Positions 1 through 14,102 of a stretch of 64,000 nucleotides of DNA are shown here, piece after piece. How positions within the stretch are numbered: position 1 is the first letter of the stretch; each line of letters starts with the position of its first letter. The position numbers and the translations under genes were made by a program. Location: IMG/VR virus record IMGVR_UViG_3300014039_000013, positions 32,001-96,000 of that record; one strand, 5' to 3'. The stretch is from a virus. Taxonomy: Duplodnaviria; Caudoviricetes. A model generated the notes under the pieces. It made no database searches. It was not told where the DNA came from and worked only from the letters and a program-made list of their open reading frames with translations.

Positions 1-3000
1 TCAAACAGTTTCTAATAGTTGTTTAAAACTATGTAAAAAATATGGAAATCTTGCTAATCTTATTAATAATATTAGATTTGATGCACAAAATATACTTCCA
101 TCAGTATTTGAATTATTTTCTAATAAGCAATTTCTCGGTTATTTAAAATCAACAAAAGATACAAATATATTTGAAAACTGGACTTCTGGAAATTTTAATA
201 ATATGTATTCTATGTATAGAGGTATATTTAACACTAATAAATCAAAAGAATTAATGACAAATTCAATATTTAGATTAGATTCTAAATTAGCTAATGATAT
301 ATCTCATACTGTTGACAATGTAACGTCAACTAAATTTTTGTAGTATTGTATTGATGACGATGGCACAATAAAATCTAGAGAAATGTTAGATTTAACTACA
401 ACTAATATACAAAGAGCTGTTGAATATGCTATTAATGGTGGGAACAGTCCATCTTTAGACATATATGACACAATTTCAAATACATATAAAGTAGATGGTT
501 CAAGAACTAACGAATCAGATAGATTGTTTGAAATAGTATTTTCAGTTCCTAATACAGGTTTGTTTTTAAACATTGATAATAGAGGAAAATTTAAAATTGC
601 AAGAAAAGAAAATAATGAATGGAAAGTATTTGAAAGTATACCATCTGAATATTTTGAATTAGTAAAACCATTTATTCAACAAATGATTAAAATCAATACA
701 AATGATATTGATTTAATGAATACAATTCTAGAACAGTATAATAATTCTAACGAAGACATGTATACTGATTTAACTAAGTTTTCATCAAGAATATTACTTC
801 GATCATTTATTTAGAATAAATTTTTATCAAATTATACATCACCTAGAGGATTAAAAGAAAGATTAAATGATTTACAAATTCCTAATAGAATTGATAAAAA
901 ATTAGGAATGATGGATCTAATTGATTTTACATCTGATAGTAGTGTATTAAATAATATTACAAATGCGTATGCATCTTTACGAGGATTAACATCATCTAAT
1001 ACATTGAAAGATGGTGAGGGAAATACACAAAATAGTGCATCTCAAAGTAGACTTCTTGGAACGTATAGAACACAATGGGCAAGGATTTAGTAGAATAATG
1101 GTGTTATGTCAACTTCTTTTTTATTAACTCATCCTGGAGCAATTAAAGGTATTTATAATGCAAAGGAATTTATGGGTAATACTACAGTAAAGCCATACAC
1201 AAAATTTACTATTTCTGAACAAGTCTATGCTCAATTTGTGATTGATTATATTCAATAGTTGACTGATAGTCCGCAAAATAAATATGCTAAAGTTTGGAAA
1301 AAGAATGTAATTGGTATTTTGCCTGCGGACTTTTCTGATAAACCAAATATATCTAGACTTGCTTGTGATTTAAATACGATTGTTGATATTAATGGAACAC
1401 AAAAGCCATTAGTTAATTTAACATTAGAAGAATTGCAAGATTTTATTAAGAATGAATTTAATAATATATATATACATATCAATAATTAGTTAAAGAAAGA
1501 CTGGAATACATTATTAAATTATTTTAATATTCCTGTTACTGCTGATGAATTATTTGATTCTAATTTTGATTATTTTAATTATAATACTGATGAGAATGGT
1601 GTAAAAGTTCCAGTATCTAATCCATTTGCTACTATATAGGAAATGATTAGAACATATAATAAAGCAAACAGAAATCATCCATTAAGTTTTATTGATTAGG
1701 TGCATTATGTATATAATAATAAAGCTAATAAATTAATGGTAAATTAGACATTAAAAGGTAATTTAGAAAGATGGAACAGTAATTCTAACTCTAAATTATT
1801 TTGGATGAGACAACATAAATTAATAGCTAGAGATTTACTTTCTAATAATTTTTCTTTTGATTTATCTTAGGGTTTATCAGTAGGAAACACATCTCTAAAA
1901 TATTTAACTGATACATATCCTAATTGGGTTGATGATTCTGGACGAATGATTATTGCAAAAGACGGAGCAGGTAAGCCTATAAAGACAGTAGAAGAATTAC
2001 AATATGCCAATATTGTTGAATTACACCCAGAGTTATAGAGATATAATTATTTTGATTTTCTATTTAGTGAATAGTTCATATTATCTACAGTTGGTAGTCC
2101 AATAGCACATCCAAGTAAATATTTTGGCGATAATTTTGAAGAAGATGAAGCATTGAGATACAATGCTTAGAATAAACGTAATGTATCTTTTACCGCACAA
2201 ATGTTAGAATTTACATTGAATATGGTAAATGGTATTCCTAAAAACTATAATATTTCTATTGTTAAAGATATAAGTGATTTATAGTATAATTCTTTTGGAT
2301 TAACTGGATTATTAAAAGCTTGGGATGGTGCAACATTTGTTCACCCAGCTATGGTGTATCTTGAAAATAATTCATTAGGCACAGATGCTGTTGGTATAAC
2401 TAAAAAACCATTCTTTCATTATTATAATACATCCACAAGTACAGGTGGTATTATAAAAACCGCAGGATTTGGATTAACTAATAATACTATGAGAAATAGT
2501 AAATTGGATTAGTTAATGGCTAAAAAAATGATGAATCACATTTGGCTTGAAGAGAGTTCTGAAAAATTATTAAATATTGATATTACTAAAAATTATAATG
2601 GAGATTTAATGTCAATTAATGGTGATGTGTACTTTTAGAAAGATGATAAATACTATAAATTACTATCTATAAATAAGACAGAAGGCAACAACACATATCA
2701 ATTAGTATTTTAGAATGTATTAAATGATGGTAGCACACAAAATACAATTGTAATTGATACAGCAAAACAATTAAATGAATTTTTACATACTGACGTGTTT
2801 GAAGTTCATTAGGATGACTCTCCTATTATTATTGATACAAATTATAAATTATATCAAATTTTAGGTGGTTGGGATTCTAGGGAATTAATAAACAATAAAT
2901 TAATACAATCAGAAAATTCAATTAAGTTTTTGGTTGATTATATTAATAACATAGGAATCAAGAAATCTAATATAGTAAAAGTACAAAATGATGTATATCA

Positions 3001-6000
3001 GCCCTTAAAAGTTGCTGACATTCATTATATTGCAACAGAAGGTGCAGTTAAACAGGGCATCACTAACATTAATAATATTGATGATTTATTAGACTTAAAT
3101 ACCGATTTAATGTACTTTCCAATGGAAGTAATTCAAGGAGGTGTATAGCTTGATAAAGAACATCACGCAGACGGTTCTGACCTGTCATTAATGACATAGG
3201 TATGGAATGCGTGTGCATTGAGAGGATATTCACACACACAAGCTGCAAATCTTTATAAAAGTTTAGCTTAGTTGTCTAGAAGAGGTACTGATGCTATTAT
3301 TAAAGCAATTGACAATTATATTGTATTTAATGATAGAGATACTATTAGAGAAATAGTTAATAAAACATTAATTAAAGAATTAGCAAATGATGTTCAAACC
3401 GACAATTTTGCTACAACTATTGCTAAAAGTATAATCAATAAAGCTAGAAAAGGTGAAGATATTCAGTATAAAGATGTGTTACTTCCTATGAGTGACAATG
3501 CTATATATGCTAAATTGGCTTCAACTATTTCAGTCTCTTTAACTAGATCTGGTATTAAACTTAAAATTCCAGGAATATTAAGTATTATTACTCCGTCTTT
3601 TGGACGAATTAAATTGTACGGAGGGAAAAAATTAAGTTAGTGGAAACCCGGTGAATTAGAAACAAAACAAAAATTATTAGAACAAGTTCCATTAGTTGAT
3701 TAGGTTCAAAAGAATTTTGTTGATGTTGAAATAGGAAGACCATACAATATCCAAGGTGACGAAAATTTATTTAATGAATTATTAACAAAATTTCCAGAAA
3801 TTAATATAAACCAAAATATTGCGACAATATTTTTAAAAACTCCATTAGAAAGAAATGAGTTAAAAAAGACTATTAATAATTATACTGGAGAATTTAAAAT
3901 ATATGAAAATATTTTAAATGGACGAGATTTGGCTCCTATGAATTATAAATTTAATTATCAAACATAGGATAATATAACATTGCGAGGCAGTCTTTTTGAT
4001 TTAGATGTTGTAAACGATTTATATATTTTAAGAACCAAAGATGTTCCATTACAAGAAAAATTTCATGTTGCATTTAAATATAATAAAAATAAATATATAG
4101 AATATTTAATAGATAATAATTTATTAAATAATATTCCAAATGAAAATGTAACAGAAGATACTGTTTTAAATATATTGCAAATAAATAACATTCCTTTATA
4201 TAATGAAAAAAGATTGTTAGCGCAGGTTCAAAAAGAAATGGATAGAACAATGCGTGCTCTATCTCCTAACGATACATATAATAATTATGTATATATTGAT
4301 AATAAACGTGTTATGGTGGATAAGAATTCTGTCTAGTTTCAAGCTTACGAACTAGGAATGAACAAAACTTTTGCAAAAGAATTTGGGTTAGAAGAAGATT
4401 CTCAATTATCAGACATACTTGACGATCCATTTTATTTTACAAAAAAACTTATTAGAAAATTTAATGCGAACATTACCAATTAGAATAACTTTGATATTGA
4501 ACTTAAAAGAATAGACGGAAAACACATTTATATATTAGATAAATCTAGAGTAAATAAATTACAAAACGTTGAATTATCTAATATTGAAAAGATATACGAC
4601 GAAGACACAATTTATAGAACTGATTATAAAGGAAATAAACTTTATAAATTAAGTTCTATGGATGATCAAGTGTATACTGATGATAATGGTAACGAAATTA
4701 TAGTTACTGAACATCCAGAATTTTTTATTAATTCACTTAATTATTCTAATATCATATTTAGCAAAAATTTAAATAACGACAATATTATAGAATTATTAAA
4801 CAAATTCTTAAATTCTAATAATAAAGTAGCACAATCAATATTAAAATTCTATAGTGATTCAAATAAATAGGTAACAAAAGTAAATGAAATGTTATCTCGT
4901 TTAACTGAAATTAACCCCGATAATATTAATTCTAAAAATATAAATTCGTTCTTAAAATACAATCCATCATTAAAAATTACAATTACAGAAGGTAATCGAA
5001 TTTATACATCATTTAAAAAGAGCCTCGAAGTAATAGCGTCGCGTACTCCAGCTCAATCATTACAAAGTGTAATGAAGATGAAAATAGTTTTATTTGATGA
5101 TCCAAATTTAAATACTGCGTTTGTAAATAATGCACAATTGTGGTTATAGGGTTCTGATATGGATATTGATGCTGTAAACTTAGCTACATATTATATTAAT
5201 AAATCTGGAAAATTACCAATATGGTCTCCGTATGCCGATATCAGAACTGAAAAATCATTAAATAAATCAATGGAATTACTTCCATTTCCAACATGCTTTA
5301 CATATGAACCAAAAATAACAACATATACACCAGAACTAATATAGGAATTTATTGATAATACAAAAGATGTATTAACATTTGATGAGCAACATAATCCTAA
5401 AATAAATACACATGTTCCATTAGAAAGTATAGCTAAAACATTGCAATATGAATATAAACTTCCAACAGAAGAATCACGTGCAATATTGACATAGGCTATT
5501 GGAATTACAAGTGAGCAACTTGATAAAACATTTGAATTATTAAAATAGTTTATTGATAAACATAATTTATATTTAAATAGTAAATCTAATGATGTTGATG
5601 GAATAATTCAAAATTATCAAATATTTAATATCAATAAAATCTTATCTGATCCAAATAATCTTAGACAATCACAAGCTCCTGTTGATGAAATTACACAAGA
5701 GCAAAAAGATATTACAAAAAATATACCAGAAGCAGAAATTGCAAAAACTGAAGTTCATGGTAATTTTGTAAGTAAAATAAGTGCTATTAATAGAAATATG
5801 GGAGGTAAAGACGGTGTAGGTATTTGTGCTGCAGCATTAAAAACGTTTGAAGGTTTATCTTTTTATTATAATCAAATATTGCAACATGGAACAAAAGAAG
5901 AATAGAATAATTTGTTATTTGATAAAAAATTATATTCTTGGAAAAACGGAGCACCTGAATTAAAAACATATAATTTGTTAGCAAATTGTTATACTCCTGA

Positions 6001-8242
6001 TATATCTACAATTAAATCAGATGCAGTAAGAAGCGCATATCTTTCTGTTGATTAGACAGTTGATGCGGCACTATTCTTGTCTGCAATGTTAGGGTTATCT
6101 GCTGATAACGCAAAAGAATTAGCATTATATAAATTAAATGCTGGTCCTAATATGATGGGGCTATATATGTATGGTGCTATGATTGGAGTTGAATTTAATG
6201 ATTTGGCTAAGACTTTAATGTCTCCTATTGCAAGATTATGTAATGAATTATTAGAAGGAAATGTATTTACTAATGAATTGAATTTTTCATCATTAGCATC
6301 TATATTTCAATTTCTTGAAAGTGGAACATGGACTTATAGATTTAATAAAAAATTATTTAATAGTAATAATTAGTTTGAAAAATAGTCTCCGTTTGAATAC
6401 GTTGATACATAGTTGTAGAAATTTTATCCAGAAGGATTACTTAAATTATTAGATAATAATGTAAATCCTAATTATATTTACGAATAGATTAATAAAATTC
6501 CTAGAATATTAGTATCTACCGATTAGGGTAGATACGTTAATAGATTTATAGATATATTAAAGAAATATGCTAAATATAGATCTATATTAAAAAAATACGA
6601 AGAAGAATATCATAATTTAAAAATACTTGCTGCCGGATCTAAAGAAACACAAGATCTTGGAAAATTATATAAATTTAATCAAGGATTACCAACTAAAGTA
6701 CCCGAAATTATATTAGCTAGTCATAATATATCAAATATATATAACGGTGATACAGTAATAAAAACTGTTAGCTTAGCAACAGATCAAACATTTTTAACTG
6801 CTGCTAATTCTGTTAATAATTCTAAATAGTTTAAATTTGGTAATGATACAGTAACTAGAACATTTAATCCGTTTTATGCTGTATATTATGTTCCTCATTT
6901 TAAAGAGTATGTTCAAGATTTTGCTAGACTTTATATAATGAATACAAATTCAGCTAAATTTAGATTTATCAATAATTTATATTCTTGGGCAGTTAATTTA
7001 TTTGATGCAACAACTTAGAAGTCAAAAATTAAAATTCTAAAAGGATTACAAAATTACGCTGATGACTATATTAATAATCAATTCTTATTAGAAAGTGGTA
7101 AAAAAATTATAATTCCAGCAGGATTTAAATATTATAATGCTTACGGTGATCTCGTAGAAAATAAAACAGATATGCTAATTTAGTTAGGAACAGAGTCAGG
7201 AAATGCTACATTTAAACGTTGGATGGATACACAGGTATTCCCAAATTTAAAACAAGGCTTAATTCATAACAATACTAGATCTTCTGCTGCTGTAAAAACA
7301 AACGAATTTATTAAGTTATTAACTACGACCATATTTGACATGAATACATCGCATAATTCGTCTATTAATTATGGATTAAATATTAATATGATGCCAAGAA
7401 CAGATAACGAAAGATTATTATTTAATATGGTTAAATCTGAATTTAATAAACTTGGAGCATATGATTATAAAATGACTAAAAAAGATTCTATTCCAATTTT
7501 AGAGTTAATGGCATTGTACAATATAGTTACATATTCAAATAAAATTGGCCAATCTACATTAACTCCTATTATGTCAGACATATAGAATCAAGGTATTTTT
7601 AAAGAGTTACATGATTTTGAAGCATACTTTGATAAAGAACGCGAAATTTATAATGGTATGTTAAATACTGACGATATTGATACTATGGGAGATAAAACAT
7701 CCATAGATTTGCTATATTACTTATCTTAGAATGAAAATACATATACTAGCAAAACTAAATATATATTTGGTCAAGATAGAAATTCATTCTAGAGGTTTCT
7801 TATGAAATCTAAATAGAAACGTAAAGAATCTCAAAATTTTTCTGATGAAAACATGGACGATTTTGATTATTCTGATATATATTCAGATGAATATAACGAT
7901 TATATTGAAGAAGATTATGGAGCTGAAGAAGACATGGAAGGAAATCAAGTATATGAAGATAAAAATTATTAGAAAATTAATCCAACTAATTCATCTGAAT
8001 TAAATTTAAATTATTTTATTAAAGGTTTTGCTGGTTTAGATTATACTAACGTGGAAGAATTAAAATCAATTCACGGAAGATATTCTATAAATGAATCTGG
8101 CAAATTAGTTGGTCCAGATCCAACACACAATGGAGAAACAAGAGAATTATGTGACATACCTAGAATTAAAACTAAATATGGAACATTTATTAATTAGAAA
8201 TTATTAGATGATATTATACAAAATTATGAAAATCCTTGCTAA
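1..8242 (+). CDS. Virion-associated multisubunit-type RNA polymerase (fused beta/beta'-like), 5'-truncated, at least 2746 aa, TAG=Gln
   Basis: Track fragments starting at 383, 908, 1259, 2930, 3272, 3980, 4658, 4889, 5159, 6077 and 7223 share one frame and end in TAG; the closing TAA is at 8240-8242. Contains RTPAQ and LWL(TAG)GSDMDID (DxDxD at 5156-5170), plus an upstream WDGATF..KKPF..KTAGF region. Confidence 0.9.
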
Positions 8243-9288
8243 TGCAATGTGTAAATAAAAGTTCTGCAGAATACCAGACGTTGAAAAATACGTCTGGTAT
8301 TCCAGAACAAACTTTAGAACCTATCTGTAGGTCTTATTTGGATACGCTTGGAAGATTTCCAAATCTTGATGAATTACCTGGTGATTCAAGTAGCACACTT
8401 AAAGATAATATTAAGTTACGACAAAACGAAAGCACTAAAATAGATAATTTGTTAGAATATACAAATACTTCTAATGTACAAGATGCAAATATAGCGTTAA
8501 ATAATATTCATTCAGATTTAGAAGTGAAAGTTATTCCTTTAAACACAGAAGCAATTGTAAAAATAGAAAAACGCCCTACTCCATATAGAGAATTAGAAAA
8601 AGAAAAAACAGATACATCTTCTGCTGATACTACCGTATTTTTAAATCAATTTGTTGATAAATTGTCTAAACTTTATGGAATAAATATAAACACAATTACT
8701 ACGTCTGAATTGTCTTCTGGCGAATTTGCTAATAAGGTAATAGATCCAGAGTATTCTGCTGCATTTATCTATAATGGATAGATATATATTAATACAGATA
8801 TTGCTTCTATAGATGCTCCTATACATGAATTATTACATTTATTGTTGGGCGGATTAAGATTTAAATATTCAGAATTATATTCTGATCTAGTAAATAAAGC
8901 CGAATAGTTTAATGGATATGAAAATTTAAAACAATTATATAAAAATAGAACACGAATGGATATTAATGAAGAAATATTTGTATCCGAATTAGCTAAACAT
9001 TTAACTGGACAAAAAAGCCAATTAGATGGATTGGATGAAGCAACAATGTATGAAATATCATACAATACGCACAGAATGCTTGATACATTAATAAAAGGTA
9101 AATGGAGTTCTATAACACTTGGAGATAAAGTTTATAATATGACATTACGTTCTTTAGTTGAGGAATTAAATTCTGTTGAATTAAATAATAATTTTTAGGG
9201 TTCGTTAACTGATGCTTAGATACATAGAACATTAGCTAATAGAAAACAGGAATTATTTGAACAAAATGTATTAAAAGAATATTGCTAA
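8242..9288 (+). CDS. Zincin-like (HExxH) metallopeptidase-domain virion protein, 348 aa, TAG=Gln
   Basis: ATG overlaps the upstream TAA (TAATG). Joins track ORFs 8236 and 8956 through TAGs. Motif AFIYNG(TAG)IYIN..APIHELLH at 8761-8838; TAA at 9286-9288. Confidence 0.8.
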
Positions 9289-12200
9289 TGGCTTGTGTAT
9301 ATGAATATAAAGGACATCGTTTTAATAATGAATTAGAATTAAACGATTTCTTATTAGAAAAAGAAAATTATTTATCAAAATATGGTGATATTGTTTTTGA
9401 ACGATCTTCTCAATTTTTACACGCTAAATCTTAGGTAGATTCTTTAATACAAGAATCTAAAGAATTGAAAAAGAAATTAGATCAAAGTAAAAAAACATAT
9501 ATTGATGGAGAAATACAAGATAATCCAAATCCGCCTTATACTGGTGTAAATACATTTTTAAGTGGCTTAAAAGATTCTGAAGGTAATTTGTTATTTCCAG
9601 AGTTTAATGAAGATGAATATTGGAAAAGAAGATACGATGCTTGGGATAATTTAGAATATACTGATGATGAACGAGAATTATTCTTTAATGATCCAAATAG
9701 TGTAACCAGATTACCAAAATCTCAATATTAGAATTACAGGGAGATAATGGAAGATAAATGGAAACATCAAGCTGAATATGGCGAAACAGTTCATAGTATA
9801 TTCCAAATATTTTTTAGCAAAATTAAATCTGGACAAAACGCAGGACAAATAGTCGGAACAATGTCTGATAATTTTTTAGAAAATATTTATTTACCTAAAA
9901 TGCTTGATATGAATACTATTAATAAAAAATGTATTCATGATGCAATCAAATTAGCTAGAGAATTTAAAACACAATTAGAATAGTAGTTTGGTTCTGATTT
10001 AGACTATTATCCAGAAGTTTCTGTAATGGGAGAAAGTATTCAAGAAGTTCAAGGTAAAGGGAATAAAGTACTTGGACGTTTGGATTTATTAATTATTGAT
10101 GGAAAAGGTAACACACATATTGTTGATTATAAAACATCTCCTAAACCGTTTTATTCACAAGGTGGTATTAAAGGATATAATTCTGCTAAATAGTTGGCAT
10201 TTACGTATTAGTTAGCTGTATATAATAGAATTTTACAAAGACATGGAATTGATGTTTCTAAAAGCGATATGTTAATTGTTCCATTACAATTAACTAATTT
10301 TAGAAAAGAAGGAGATAAATATGTTTATGATTCTATTGATCCAATACAACCAGAAAGTAAAACTAATGATGGTAAAAGAATACCACCTATCCTTTGGCAT
10401 TCTATTAAAAATAAAATTGAACATTCTTTTAATATTTAGAAAAACTTACAAGAATTTTTTCCTGAAAAAATTGAACAAGAACCTGTTTCAGAAAAATTAA
10501 GTTCTAACGTTACAAGTGTAATGAAATAGTTTTTTAAAGAATATTAGTCTCCAGATATTACTGACGAAGAAATATTAGAAGAATTTAAAGAACAAAAATC
10601 ATTAACACCAATTAACGGGTATTTAAATTATAAATTAGGACAGAAAGAATTTAGTGTATCTGAAAAAGAAGGAGAAGCAGTATTACTTAAAAAAGTAAAA
10701 GATTATTATAAATTACTTGAAAATTTCAAGGTTAGAACTACAGAAAATATTAGTTCTAATCTTGAAAAAGCAATGACAGAAGACGATTTTACAATGAAAT
10801 TACCTAAAATATCTGTTGATAATAGATATGAAAACGCCAATTGGCTTTCAGATATATTACATAAATACACACAAGGTAGTTGGGAAATTGTTAATTGTGA
10901 ACAAGTTAAGCAATATGGATTAATATTATTAAGGAATAAAATTACAGGTTAGATAGATGTTAAAAAAGTAACATCAAGACCAGTAATGTATTTAAGACAT
11001 TTTAATCCAAAAAGCAATTTACTTAGTGGAGGATTAATTGAAGATTCTGTAGAAAATATTTCTCGTTCTTCTGTTAGGGTTGGTTCGGATGGTAAAATGT
11101 CTGATAAATCTTTGATGTTAGAATCTAGAAATGGAAATATAGAATTAATTGAAACAATGTTAATTCTTAATAATTTAAAAAGTTTATTTAGTAATGGTTC
11201 GTCTCTTGGAAGTGTTGAAATTTTAAATCCTTATGCTGGTAGAGGTATGACTGCTTCTAATGAAGAATTAGTATATACTGTAAATCGTCTTTGTAAATTA
11301 TCGAATTAGGCTTAGACAGAATTTGGAAAAGATATAAGAGTTTGTTCTAAATATCAATTAGCATTAGATGAACTTACTGATATTTTAACGACAGGTAAAA
11401 ATAAATAGTGGCTTGGTGACTATAAATAGTTTTAGACCTTTGAAAGCTGTTTAAATGATTTAGATAAAGCTAACGACAATACTATTCCAGAAAAAATTCG
11501 AGCTTTAGAAGATTTTATCAGCAGAATGGAAAATGAAGAATAGTGGACAAGATCATTACAATCGTTTGAATATACACAGGACAAATTAGTACAAAATTAT
11601 AGAAGATTATATAATACTGCATAGTTAGCATTATCAGATTTAAGAGGTATTAATTTTAGACAATAGAATATTGAAAGTTCAGATTGGATAAACTCTATTT
11701 AGTCATTCAATAAAGGTATTTAGGGAAATAAAATAGATAACCCCGGTAATCTTGCAAGTGATACGCTGAATCTAATTACCAAACAAACCACTATTGCATA
11801 TCAAAACGTAAGAGATTCATTACGCGAACCTGTTGCTAAATTACACGAACTTGTAGCAAAAGTTAAATAGGAATATGGATTTAATTTATCTGGTAATAGA
11901 GTAAATATTTTTAAAAATTTATATGAAAATCCAGAAAAAGTTGGTGGAGATTTTAGATTTAAATTATTATCAGACCCAACGTTAAAAAAATCTGAAAAAG
12001 AGTTATTACAATATTGCTTAAGATTAATTAATAAAAATAGATTAGGATATTCTGATAAGTTATGCGAAGAAGCAGAAAAGAAAGGCAATATTGATTATTA
12101 TAAAGTTCCTCTTGCTGTTGGTGGAATGGAATCACAAGTTGCTTAGGATGGATTATTAAAATCTTTAAAAATCAAACTTAAGGGTCTCGCTCCATCTAGA

Positions 12201-14054
12201 ATTATGGATGATTTTTCTAATAAAATGAAAGGTGTTGGTTATGCAGAAGAAAATGATGAATTAACAAAAGCTAATTCTGATTTATTTAATATGAATACAA
12301 CATTTGATTGGGGAGAAGCAGCTGATCGACAAGATATAATTAATAGAACTATTGCTAAACACGGCAGTATTGGATATTTTGAACATAATCTAGAAACATT
12401 AACATTAAAACATTATTTTGCATACTCAATGAAAAATAATATTAATAAAGTATTTCCTATTATGAAAGCTGCTATGTCTCATATAGCATATCAAGGATTT
12501 ATTGCTAATCATAATTTCTAGAATGATATTAATTATATGCAAGATTATATTCGTAATAAAATTAAAAACGAATCTATTATACCTAAAAATGTACAATTAT
12601 TATCTGAATATACTAATAAAATTAAAACAATAGCATCTTATTCTGTATTAGCTTTTTCTCCTGTTCAAGGATTATATTAGTCTATACAAGGTATTTGGAA
12701 TGATATTCGTTTAATAATTTAGAAACCAGATATGGTAGGCAAATATGGAAAATCTGCATTTACTTTAAAAAATGTATCTGATTCATTTGCTTCAGCATAT
12801 AAAGATTTATTTGTATTTAGTGATAAAGAAACAATTAATTCATTAATTAATAAACAATATGCTTTAAATGATATGGATATGAATCAATATGTTGAACGAG
12901 TTTAGTCTTAGCCTTCAGGTATATTTAATTTTAATAGTTGGGCTATGAAATTTTCTTCAAGACCAGATTATTATAATCGTTTAACAATCTTTGGCGCACA
13001 AATGAGAGCAGATGGATGTTGGGAAGCGCATTCAATTAAAGATGGTAAACTTATTTATGATTGGAGAAAAGATAAGCGTTTTGAATTATTTGCCAATGAT
13101 AAAAATGTTGGTTCAGATGAATATAATTATCAAAGAGCATTATATTATGAAATGTGTCAATAGTTTGTAAATGAACATACAAAAAATTCTGATGGAACTG
13201 ATTTTAATTATGTAATTGGCGAAAAAGTTGCATTACCAAAAGCTTATACTAATTTATAGGCAGAATCTTATAAATCATTATCGGATGATATTTACGGATA
13301 TTATTCACATGAAAAAAAAGCTATGCTTCATGCAACATGGATTGGTTCAATGTTTATGCAATTTAAAACTTTCTGGACAGGTAAAAAGAATCAATATTTT
13401 GGTTCTGGTGGATTTAAATTAAGAGGTTCATTTCAACAATTAACAGATCCTGATGGTAATTTACTTTATTATAAAGTTGATGAGAATGGCAAAATAACAG
13501 AAGATTTGACCACAAAAAAAACTTCGTTTCCTGCAATTAAATGGTAGGGTCAATGGCAAGAAGGAATTGCAGTTACTTTAGCAAGCGCAATGAGCTGGAA
13601 TCCTATAAAAACATCAAAGAATTTATATGAGCAATGGTATTCTACTAACCCACAACTTAGAAATGCATATAGATCTAATTATAAATAGTTAATGTTTGAT
13701 TTATTTATGTGGGTTATAATTGGAAATATTGCTGCTGCTGGTCTTACTGCTTGGCTAAAAGATTTAAAAGAGGAATCAAAACTTGATCCTAATCCTATTA
13801 AACTTGCAGCTGCTAATGTTCTTGCTAAATCAATTAATAATTCTTTAATGGATTTTAATATATATGATTCTTTTGTTAATCCTTGGGCAAAATGGACTCC
13901 ATTTATGTTTTCTTGGGCTGGCAATACTGCTAGTAGATTATGGAATACAATATTTGGATCTACTACCTTTTTGGATTGTATTTTAAAAACATTTTCTGCA
14001 ACAAACTAGTTAAAACCAGGATTAGATTTATTAATTCCTAAAGATTCTGAATAA
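9288..14054 (+). CDS. Large virion/ejection protein, 1588 aa, with a PD-(D/E)xK nuclease-like domain and a C-terminal hydrophobic segment, TAG=Gln
   Basis: Track fragments 9465, 9747, 10986, 12204, 12945, 13323 and 13692 share one frame. Motifs GETVH..YPEV..GRLDLLIID..IVDYKT..Y(TAG)LAVY; hydrophobic MFDLFMWVIIGNIAAAGLTAWL near 13692; TAA at 14052-14054. Confidence 0.82.
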
Positions 14055-14102
14055 AAAATAAGGGCTAACCCTCTCATTTGAGAAGATTAGCCCTTATTTT
14101 TT
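14055..14102. terminator. Bidirectional intrinsic terminator between the convergent blocks
   Basis: Inverted repeat AAAATAAGGGCTAA...TTAGCCCTTATTTT with an A-tract on the left and a T-tract on the right, lying between the two convergent stop codons. Confidence 0.85.

Noticed and set aside
7840-7960. Asp/Glu/Tyr-rich stretch as a DNA repeat
   Set aside because: Low-complexity acidic linker near the RNAP C-terminus, with no nucleotide periodicity.
304-13924. Short minus-strand ORFs (304, 1252, 5787, 8641, 8769, 11801, 13679) and the off-frame plus ORF at 13216
   Set aside because: Shadow frames of the long plus-strand genes, with no recognisable motifs.
383-14009. About 20 short plus-strand track ORFs as separate genes or pseudogene fragments
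   Set aside because: They fall in three continuous frames broken by TAG and are explained by recoding.
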